NCBI GenBank assembly: GCA_037446815.1
Contig: JBBIHX010000017.1
Coordinates: 1-34,258, forward strand
DNA: 34,258 nt
Direction: 5' to 3'
Origin: Caldilineae bacterium
Lineage (GTDB): Bacteria > Chloroflexota > Anaerolineae > DTLA01
The notes beneath the pieces were generated by a model that searched no databases, was not told the origin of the DNA, and saw only the letters and a program-made list of their open reading frames with translations. Shown one piece after another: positions 1-7,659 of the stretch. Positions within the stretch are counted from its first letter, which is position 1, and each line of letters begins with the position of its first letter. The position numbers and the translations under genes were made by a program.

Positions 1-81
1 AGCAACCCCGCGCCTCGGAGATTGCTTCGGGCGCTCCGCGCCCTCGCAATGACAGCCACCAACAGACTTTGGAACCGACTC
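1..81 (-). mobile_element. Left part of inverted-end-bounded REP-like element (copy E4), truncated by the window start
   Basis: Reverse complement reads GAGTCGGTTCCAAAGTCTGTTGG-tggct-GTCATTGCGAGGGCGCGGAGCGCCCGAAGCAATCTCC, matching copies at 6922, 29827 and 34163. Confidence 0.7.
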
Positions 82-126
82 CTGTTGAGCGACGGGGCAT
101 GAGGATACCGGCATGCCCTTTGCGGT

Positions 127-1767
127 TTATCCTTCCGCTGGCGGCAGCAGATCTCCCCACCCCACGCTCTCATCCGCGTACACCAGCCGCCCGCCGAAGA
201 ACGTGCCCAGCACACGCACCGCCGGAATCGCCATCGGGTCTATCGCGAATATGTCATCGGACAGCACCACTAGGTCGGCCAGTTTGCCGGGCGTGATGGA
301 ACCCAACTGCCCCTCCAGCCCTGCCGCATAGGCATTGCCCATCGTAAACGCGCGCACTGCCTCCTCTACCGTCAGCCGCTCCTGCGGTTGCCAGCCGTCG
401 GGGCCCGGGCTGCCATCCGCGCGGCGACGGGTAACCGCAGCGTGAATCCCCAGCAGCGGGTCAAATCGCTCCACCGGACAGTCGGAGCCGAACGCCAGCC
501 GCGTGCCCCGCGCCAGCAGCGAGCGAAACGGGTACGCCCACCGCCCCCGCGCGCCCCAGTGGCAGTCCACCATCTCGTAGTCGGCGGTGGCGTGCATGGG
601 CTGCACCGACGCGATGGTGTCCAGCGCGGCGAAGCGGGGGATGTCCTCCTCGGTGAGGAGCTGCGCATGCTCAATGCGGTGGCGGAGCGGCGGGCGAAGG
701 GCATTCTCGCGCTGTCGGGCCTCCGCCAGCACGTCCAGCACCTCGCGGTTGGCGCGGTCGCCGATGGCGTGAATCGTGGCGCTGATGCCCGCGTCGCTCG
801 CGCGGAGCACCCATTCGCGCATCTCGGCCTTCGTCATGGTGCAGATGCCGCAGTCGTCCGTGCCCTCAAAAGGCGCGAGCATGTAGGCCGTGCGCGAGCC
901 GAGCGACCCATCGGCGAACAGTTTCAGCCCGCCGATGCGCAGCGTCGCGTCGCCCAGGCCGGAGAAGACGCCCGCGCGGATGGCGTCATCGGCGGTGTCC
1001 TTGTTCAGGTGCGCCAGCACGCGAAGGGCCAACTCGCCGCGCTGGTGCAGGACGCCGAACAGCGCCAGCGCCTCGGCCTTCTCGCAGTTGTGGATGCCGG
1101 TGATGCCGACGGCGTGGGCGCGGGCCATGGCCTCCCGCAGCGCGCGCACCGTCTCCTCGCGCCCGAGCACGGGGATGACGGGGCCGAGCAACTTGCAGGC
1201 GTTCTCCTTCAGGATGCCCGTCGGCTCGCCCTGTTCATCGCGCTCAATCGCGCCGCCCTCGGGGTCGGGCGTTTCGCGGGTGATGCCGGCCATCTCCAGC
1301 GCGCGGCTGTTGAGCCACACGCTGTGCAGGTCCTTGCTGTCCAGCGCGACGGGATTATCGGGGGCGATGCGATCCAAATGTCGGCGCGTGGGGAAACGCG
1401 GGTCGGGCCACAGGTTGCGGTCCCAGCCGCCGCCCAGAATCCACTCGTCAGGCGCGGCCTGGGATGCCCGCCGCGCGACCGCCTCCAGCACGGCGTCCAG
1501 CGATGTCAGCCCGTCCAGCGCCAGCCGCTGCAACTTCCGCGCGTATTCCAGGAAATGCACGTGCCCGTCGGTGAACCCGGGCAGGACCGTCGCGCCGCGC
1601 AGGTCAAGGGCCTGGCCCGCCGGCGACAGCAGCGGCAGCAGGTCATCCGGCCGCTCCGACACGGCCAGGATGCGGCTCGCGGAGATGGCCACAGACGCGC
1701 CCACGGGCAGGCGCTTGTCCATGGTGTAGATGCGGCCATTGTGCAGAACCCAGTCGGCAGTTCTCAT
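127..1767 (-). CDS. Metal-dependent amidohydrolase (YtcJ-like, amidohydrolase_3 family)
   Basis: Motifs PGFTDGHVH, KLFADGSLGSRTA, HAIGDRAN, RIEHAQ, FGSDCP, GSITPGKLADLVVL. Start moved to ATG 1767 (MRTADWVLHNG) because the upstream extension is repeat DNA. Confidence 0.9.
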   Translation of the reverse strand: MRTADWVLHNGRIYTMDKRLPVGASVAISASRILAVSERPDDLLPLLSPAGQALDLRGATVLPGFTDGHVHFLEYARKLQRLALDGLTSLDAVLEAVARRASQAAPDEWILGGGWDRNLWPDPRFPTRRHLDRIAPDNPVALDSKDLHSVWLNSRALEMAGITRETPDPEGGAIERDEQGEPTGILKENACKLLGPVIPVLGREETVRALREAMARAHAVGITGIHNCEKAEALALFGVLHQRGELALRVLAHLNKDTADDAIRAGVFSGLGDATLRIGGLKLFADGSLGSRTAYMLAPFEGTDDCGICTMTKAEMREWVLRASDAGISATIHAIGDRANREVLDVLAEARQRENALRPPLRHRIEHAQLLTEEDIPRFAALDTIASVQPMHATADYEMVDCHWGARGRWAYPFRSLLARGTRLAFGSDCPVERFDPLLGIHAAVTRRRADGSPGPDGWQPQERLTVEEAVRAFTMGNAYAAGLEGQLGSITPGKLADLVVLSDDIFAIDPMAIPAVRVLGTFFGGRLVYADESVGWGDLLPPAEG

Positions 1768-1790
1768 CGGGCAACGCTCCAGAAGGCCAA

Positions 1791-1849
1791 ATCCACGAAT
1801 AACACGAATGGGCACGAATGATTCGTGTGGATTTGTGTTATTCGCGGAT
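1791..1849. repeat. Palindromic element built of CACGAAT units (ATCCACGAATAACACGAAT...ATTTGTGTTATTCGCGGAT)
   Basis: 19-bp imperfect inverted arms with internal CACGAAT repeats; related to 18887-18915, 24194-24213 and 15704-15721. Confidence 0.75.
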
Positions 1850-2728
1850 CCCGCCTTCCTCCCGCAGCAGGATGTTGCAGATGGCCTCCAGTTCCTCTTC
1901 CGAGTAGAAATGAATCACCAGCCGGCCGCCCTTCTTCCCGCGTTCCAACTGCACCCGCGTGTTGAGCGCGGCCTCCAGGCGCGACTGGAGCGCCTTGACC
2001 TCTGGCGAGGGCGGCGGGGGCGGCTCCTTGGCGCGGGTGGGCGATTGCAGGCGGCGCACCAGGTCCTCGGCCTGGCGCACGTTCAACCCGTGGCGCATGA
2101 TGAGCCGCAGCGCCTGCGACTGCAAGTCCTCCGACTCCAGCGCCAGAATCGCGCGGGCGTGCCCCTCCGTGATCTCGCCCGACAGGAGGGCCGCCTTCGC
2201 CTCATCCGCCAGGCGCAGCAGGCGCAGCGTGTTGGTAACGGCCACGCGGCTCTTGCCCACGCGCGCCGCCACCTGCTCCTGGGTCAGGCCGAACTCGTCC
2301 ACCAGTTGCTGGTACGCCTGGGCCTCTTCCAGCGGATTCAGGTCGGCCCGCTGGATGTTCTCCACCAGGGCGAGTTCCAGCGATTGCTGCGGCGTGGCCT
2401 CCTTGACCACCACGGGCACGTGGGTCAGCCCCGCCATCTGGGCCGCGAGCCAGCGCCGCTCGCCCGCGATGAGTTGATAGCGCGGCGCGCCCGGCAGCGA
2501 ACCCTCGGCCTCGCTCACCACCAGCGGCTGGATGAGGCCATGCTCGCGGATGGAATCGGCCAACTCGCGCAGGGCGTCGGGGTCCTGCCGCTGCCGTGGC
2601 TGGCGCGGGTTGGGGGAGATGGCGGAGATGGGGACCTCGGACGGGCCGCCCGCGGGTCTCTCGCCTTCGGGCGCCGACGGAATCAGCGCATCCAGCCCTC
2701 TGCCCAAGCCTCGCTTCTCCTTCGCCAC
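1838..2728 (-). CDS. parB: ParB/Spo0J chromosome partitioning protein
   Basis: N-terminal GLGRGLDAL, NPRQPR, YQLIAGERRW (CTPase box), ENIQRADLNPLEEA, HTH; directly downstream of parA. Confidence 0.97.
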   Translation of the reverse strand: MAKEKRGLGRGLDALIPSAPEGERPAGGPSEVPISAISPNPRQPRQRQDPDALRELADSIREHGLIQPLVVSEAEGSLPGAPRYQLIAGERRWLAAQMAGLTHVPVVVKEATPQQSLELALVENIQRADLNPLEEAQAYQQLVDEFGLTQEQVAARVGKSRVAVTNTLRLLRLADEAKAALLSGEITEGHARAILALESEDLQSQALRLIMRHGLNVRQAEDLVRRLQSPTRAKEPPPPPSPEVKALQSRLEAALNTRVQLERGKKGGRLVIHFYSEEELEAICNILLREEGGIRE

Positions 2729-2758
2729 GGTCCACCTCCTGCACGCCGTCCCGACCCG

Positions 2759-3523
<765 letters not shown>

Positions 3524-3575
3524 GCCGTTCTCGCCAGGTGATCACATCCGGGTTGCGTAATCCAAGGCTCAGCCA

Positions 3576-4418
3576 TCAGGCGTCGCCAAATCGCGCCAGA
3601 TAGTCCAGCACCTGCTGTCGGGTGGGAATCCCGTCCACGCCCAGCGCCTCCACAGAGAACGAAGCCACCACGTTGGCGAAGCGCGCGGCCACGAAGGGAT
3701 CGCCCTGCTCGTGGAGCGAGACCAGATAGGCCGCCGCGTACACATCGCCCGCGCCCGTAGGGTCAACCTCGCGGGTGATCCTCGGCGGCAGTTGGCGACA
3801 TTCGCCGTCGGCGTACACGGTGGACCCCTTCCACCCGTTGGTTACGACGACGATTCGCGTCAGGCGGACGTAAAACTCCACCAGGCCCAGATTCCCGCCG
3901 ATGTCCTCCTCGCTGATGACCAGCACATCGGCGCGGGGCAGCAGGAACTCCGCCCGCTCCCACACCTTGGGCGACACCTTGCCCGTGCCATCCCATTGCC
4001 GCATCCACCCCTGCGGCGTTACGCCGATGAGGGCATGCGGGAACAGGTTCACGATGGCCTCGTCCATCTCCTGCGCCAGGGGGCCGAGATGCACAATGGG
4101 CGCGGAACGCCACGGAGCGGGCACATCCTCCGCCGTGATGGAGTCCGCGACGGCGCGCACGTACTGGGTGCGGCGATCCCCGACGTAGATGTTCTCAAAC
4201 GTGGTGGTCTGCGCCGACGGCCCCGAAGCGACCCAAATCCCCTTATCGGTCAGCAGGGAGAAGTCCATGGTCGGGTCGGCGCGGGTTACGACGCCTGCCT
4301 GAAGGCCCAGGCTCTGCACCGTAACGGCGGAATAGGTAACCGTCCCGCCTGGGCGATACCCCTGCGGGACGATGTCCTTCGTTACTGCGCCGATGACGAG
4401 GTAATCAGGCCTGTTCAT
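3576..4418 (-). CDS. PfkB/ribokinase-family carbohydrate kinase
   Basis: N-terminal GGTVTY and C-terminal VDPTGAGDVY signature; ATG 4418 overlaps the jag stop (ATGA). Confidence 0.88.
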   Translation of the reverse strand: MNRPDYLVIGAVTKDIVPQGYRPGGTVTYSAVTVQSLGLQAGVVTRADPTMDFSLLTDKGIWVASGPSAQTTTFENIYVGDRRTQYVRAVADSITAEDVPAPWRSAPIVHLGPLAQEMDEAIVNLFPHALIGVTPQGWMRQWDGTGKVSPKVWERAEFLLPRADVLVISEEDIGGNLGLVEFYVRLTRIVVVTNGWKGSTVYADGECRQLPPRITREVDPTGAGDVYAAAYLVSLHEQGDPFVAARFANVVASFSVEALGVDGIPTRQQVLDYLARFGDA

Positions 4419-5122
4419 TCTTTGGGCAGGATCATGACTTTGCGGTTTTCGCCTTCGCCGATGCTCTGCGTAACCACATGCGGGTGGTCCCGAAGGGCCA
4501 GGTGCACGATGCGGCGCTCGGCGGGGGGCATGGCTTCCAACGCCACCGCCCTGTGGGTCTCCTGCACCCGCTCGGCCATGCGGTGGGCCAGGTTCTGGAG
4601 CGCGTGGCCCCGCCGCACGCGGTACTGCTGCACGTCCACGGCGAAGTCGGACCACATCTTCGTCTTGTGGCCCACGATGAGGCGGGTGAGGTACTGGAGC
4701 GCCGACAGCGTCTCGGCCCGCCTGCCGATCAGGATGCCCAGATCATCATCCGATTGGATGTCCAACACAAAGGGCACGCGGTCCACGCCGGGCAACTCCA
4801 CGTCGCGCTTGACCTCCACGTGCGCCTTGATGCCCATCAGGCGGACGAGGGTCTCCAGCGTCTCTTTGGCTACGGCGACGAGTTTCTCATCGGCCTCGGC
4901 TTCGGCTTCGCCCGCTGGCGCGGCTTCCTGCGGCGCGGGGCTGGGGAGAACCCGCACGGCCACGCGGGCATTCTCGCCCCCGATGCCCAGCAGGCCCCGG
5001 CTTCCCTCGGATAGAACGGTTACCTCCACCTGGCCCCGGGTCTTCCCCAGGGCGGCGAGGGCTTTCTCTACAGCCTCCTCCACAGTCTTTCCCGTGAACT
5101 CAACGCTTTCGTTTCCTTGCAC
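4415..5122 (-). CDS. jag: Jag/EloR/KhpB RNA-binding protein (Jag_N, KH, R3H)
   Basis: GKTVEEAV Jag_N motif, GILIGRRAETL KH motif, ERRIVH R3H motif; canonical position after yidC. Confidence 0.95.
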   Translation of the reverse strand: MQGNESVEFTGKTVEEAVEKALAALGKTRGQVEVTVLSEGSRGLLGIGGENARVAVRVLPSPAPQEAAPAGEAEAEADEKLVAVAKETLETLVRLMGIKAHVEVKRDVELPGVDRVPFVLDIQSDDDLGILIGRRAETLSALQYLTRLIVGHKTKMWSDFAVDVQQYRVRRGHALQNLAHRMAERVQETHRAVALEAMPPAERRIVHLALRDHPHVVTQSIGEGENRKVMILPKE

Positions 5123-6032
5123 GAGTTACCTGTCCTTTCTTCGGTGATGCGGCCGACTGGGACGCGGCGGACGCAGGCTCTGTCTTGGCNNNNNNNNNNN
5201 NNNNNNNNNNNNNNNNNNNNNNNNNNNNNNNNNNNNNNNNNNNNNNNNNNNNNNNNNNNNNNNNNNNNNNNNNNNNNNNNNNNNNNNNNGCCTTCTCCTT
5301 CTTCGCCGGCGATTCCTGTTTCTTCTTCGGAGCCAGCCCGCCCCAGCCGGTCATCAGGTATTGTTGAACCATGCTGAAGATGTTCATCGTAACCCAGTAC
5401 AGGCTCAACCCCGAAGGCACCTGGATCGCGAAGAACCCGAACATCAGCGGCATGAACATCATGGCCTGGTTGATGGACGAGGTCTGCGGGTCCGCGTCCT
5501 TGGGCGTCATCATCTTCTGAAGCAGAATCTGCGTGATCACCGTGAGGATGGGGAGCACGATGTACGCCCCGACATAGGGCAGGTTCCATTGGGCGGGATT
5601 CTGGAGGAGCCAACTGCCGTTGGTCGGCTCGGCGAGGCTAGGAATCCACAGGAACCCCTCGGCCAGTTTTCCCGCCTGGGCCAGTCGGTACAGCGCCTGG
5701 TACAACCCGATCCAAATCGGGAACTGGATCAGCGTCGGGAGGCACCCGCCCAGGGGGTTGACGCCCGCCTCTTTGTACAACTCCATTTGGCGCTTGGCCA
5801 GTTCCTCCTTGTTGTCCTTGTACTTCTTCTGCAGTTCCTGGAGTTTCGGCTGGAGTTCCTGCACCGCCTTGGAGGACTTGATTTGCTTCGCGTTGAGCGG
5901 CGCGGTGAGCAACTTGATGAGCAGCGTGAAGATGATGATGGCGAACCCGAAACTGTACGGGATGCCCAGCCCTGACAAAACCGAACTGATGCCCTCTAGT
6001 GCCGCCATGATCGGCACAATGATAATATCCAT
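5100..6032 (-). CDS. yidC: Membrane protein insertase YidC (short form without large periplasmic domain); C-terminal tail interrupted by a gap
   Basis: NPLGGCLPTLIQFPI, GLSLYW motifs; rpmH-rnpA-yidD-yidC-jag synteny. The 3' end beyond the gap 5190-5289 is uncertain. Confidence 0.93.
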   Translation of the reverse strand: MDIIIVPIMAALEGISSVLSGLGIPYSFGFAIIIFTLLIKLLTAPLNAKQIKSSKAVQELQPKLQELQKKYKDNKEELAKRQMELYKEAGVNPLGGCLPTLIQFPIWIGLYQALYRLAQAGKLAEGFLWIPSLAEPTNGSWLLQNPAQWNLPYVGAYIVLPILTVITQILLQKMMTPKDADPQTSSINQAMMFMPLMFGFFAIQVPSGLSLYWVTMNIFSMVQQYLMTGWGGLAPKKKQESPAKKEKXXXXXXXXXXXXXXXXXXXXXXXXXXXXXXXXXXAKTEPASAASQSAASPKKGQVTRARKRKR

Positions 6033-6068
6033 CTAAAGCCCGTTCCTCTCCTTGTTCTAACCCATGCC

Positions 6069-6278
6069 TCAGGGCACGGGATCATATCCACCTGGGTTCC
6101 ACGGCTGGCACCGCACGATGCGCTTGATGCCCAGCCACCCGCCCTTGACGACGCCGTAGCGCTCTACGGCCTGGTACGTGTACTGCGAGCACGTTGGGTA
6201 GAAGCGGCAACTGGGCGGCAGGCCGGGCGAGATGTACCGCTGGTAGAAACGAATGAGCGCGAGCACCAACCGTTTCAT
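6069..6278 (-). CDS. yidD: Membrane protein insertion efficiency factor YidD
   Basis: YQRYISP...[10 protein letters not shown]...[14 protein letters not shown]. Confidence 0.97.
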   Translation of the reverse strand: MKRLVLALIRFYQRYISPGLPPSCRFYPTCSQYTYQAVERYGVVKGGWLGIKRIVRCQPWNPGGYDPVP

Positions 6279-6655
6279 GCGCTATCACTCCCTCGCGGCT
6301 CCGCGCCTGCGGGTTCCGGCTGAACCAGCAGCCCCGCCGAGGCGAGCACTTTCAGCAGCGAGGCGCTGATTTGCCAGAAGTCCGCTTCCGTCGCCTGGCC
6401 GCGGGCGATGATCACCACATCCCAGCCCGGCGCAATCCGCCCCAGCAACAGGCGGGTCGCCTCGCGCAACAGCCGCTTGACACGATTCCGCCGCACGGCT
6501 TTCCCGATGCGGCGGCTCACGACAAATCCAAATCTGGAATGGTTTAGGTCGTTCGGTGCGGCTCCCAGTGTCAGCAATGCATTTGACCAATAACGCCCGT
6601 GTGCGCGTACCCTCGCAAAATCCGTTCTCCGTACCAGCCGATACTTTCGCTTCAT
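6275..6655 (-). CDS. rnpA: Ribonuclease P protein component
   Basis: [25 protein letters not shown] (RNR motif). Confidence 0.97.
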   Translation of the reverse strand: MKRKYRLVRRTDFARVRAHGRYWSNALLTLGAAPNDLNHSRFGFVVSRRIGKAVRRNRVKRLLREATRLLLGRIAPGWDVVIIARGQATEADFWQISASLLKVLASAGLLVQPEPAGAEPRGSDSA

Positions 6656-6695
6656 CCCAATGCCGACCGCCCAGGGTCAGCCCCTACCGCTGCCG

Positions 6696-6833
6696 CTACA
6701 CCGTCAAGCGGTGGCGGCCCTTCAACTTGCGCGCTTTGAGCACGTTGCGGCCGGACAGGGTTCGCATCCGCACCCTGAATCCGTGTGTCTTTGCCCGTTT
6801 CCGCACCTTCGGCTGCCAAGTTCGTTTGGGCAT
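6696..6833 (-). CDS. rpmH: 50S ribosomal protein bL34 (45 aa, not in the ORF track)
   Basis: Manual translation [54 protein letters not shown] upstream. Confidence 0.97.
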   Translation of the reverse strand: MPKRTWQPKVRKRAKTHGFRVRMRTLSGRNVLKARKLKGRHRLTV

Positions 6834-6873
6834 GATGTACGACTCCTTCGCATAGGGTAATAATGGCCCGCTT

Positions 6874-6901
6874 ATTATACGGTTTTGACAGGGGGTGTCA
6901 A
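6874..6901 (-). promoter_or_regulatory. Sigma70-type promoter of the rpmH operon
   Basis: TTGACA-16 bp-TATAAT on the minus strand. Confidence 0.8.
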
Positions 6902-6921
6902 ATCAATTCGCGCCCGCTCAT

Positions 6922-7391
6922 TCGGTTCCAGGGTCTGTTGGTATTTGTCATTGCGAGGGCGCAGAGCGCCCGAAGCAATCTCCCTCACCCCAGCCCTCTC
7001 CCGAAGGGCGAGGGAGCCCTGGCCTTTCCCGTCATTGCGAGGGCGCAGAGCGCCCGANNNNNNNNNNNNNNNNNNNNNNNNNNNNNNNNNNNNNNNNNNN
7101 NNNNNNNNNNNNNNNNNNNNNNNNNNNNNNNNNNNNNNNNNNNNNNNNNNNNNNNNNGAAGGGCGAGGGAGCCCTGGCCTTTCCCGTCATTGCGAGGGCG
7201 CAGAGCGCCCGAAGCAATCTCCCTCACCCCAGCCCTCTCCCGAAGGGCGAGGGAGCCCTGGCCTTTCCCGTCATTGCGAGGGCGCAGAGCGCCCGAGGCA
7301 ATCTCCCGAGCGTGGGGTTGCTTCGCTTCGCTCGCAATGACACGCGGGGAGAGTGCGCCTGCGTTTCACCAACACAAGATGGAACCGAGTC
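6922..7391 (+). mobile_element. Inverted-end-bounded REP-like element (copy E1) containing an 84-bp tandem array
   Basis: Left end TCGGTTCCAGGGTCTGTTGG (6922-6941), right end CCAACACAAGATGGAACCGA (7369-7388); REP-like hairpin cargo between them. Confidence 0.7.
6947..7341 (+). repeat. 84-bp tandem repeat array (GTCATTGCGAG hairpin + CCCTCACCCCAGCCCTCTCCC hairpin); copy number unresolved
   Basis: Unit starts at 6947, 7031, 7186 and 7270 (84-bp period on each side of the gap 7058-7157). Confidence 0.92.
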
Positions 7392-7411
7392 TTCAAAAAG
7401 GCCACACTCCA

Positions 7412-7435
7412 GGGGGCAGGTCTGGACCTGCCCCC
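7412..7435. repeat. Perfect hairpin GGGGGCAGGTC-TG-GACCTGCCCCC (REP-like)
   Basis: 11-bp inverted repeat; similar to 11620-11646. Confidence 0.7.
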
Positions 7436-7455
7436 ACTTGCATGACAAGACAAGT

Positions 7456-7484
7456 TTGACGGGCGAACCCCTTTCGCTTACAAT
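7456..7484 (+). promoter_or_regulatory. Sigma70-type promoter upstream of the transglutaminase-like gene
   Basis: TTGACG-17 bp-TACAAT. Confidence 0.7.
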
Positions 7485-7659
7485 ACTTTTGCCAGCGGGC
7501 GTTTACACATCTTCGCCGACATGAACCCGCGGCGCGGCGCGCGTGTAATTCGGGTAGGCGCTGCGCGCCGGGGCGTGGCCCGTTCCCGTGCGCGGAACCG
7601 CGCGGCGGCGGGTGCCGTCTATCCGACGCGCGGCGCACATCGCCGCTCGGGGAGATACG

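Noticed and set aside
5190..5289. Insertion or repeat expansion in the YidC tail
   Set aside because: Only Ns are visible; the content cannot be inferred.
6947..7341. Possible CRISPR array
   Set aside because: Units repeat in full with no unique spacers, and no cas genes are present.
6863..7524. Three overlapping plus-strand ORFs across the tandem array
   Set aside because: They are translations of stop-free repeat DNA with no convincing RBS or protein family signal.
7491..7655. 6S RNA or SRP RNA
   Set aside because: No SRP CAGG..GGAA..AGCAG domain and no clear 6S central-bubble pattern; kept only as an unassigned structured-RNA candidate.
6834..7659. oriC
   Set aside because: No DnaA-box cluster, AT-rich unwinding element or dnaA gene seen.
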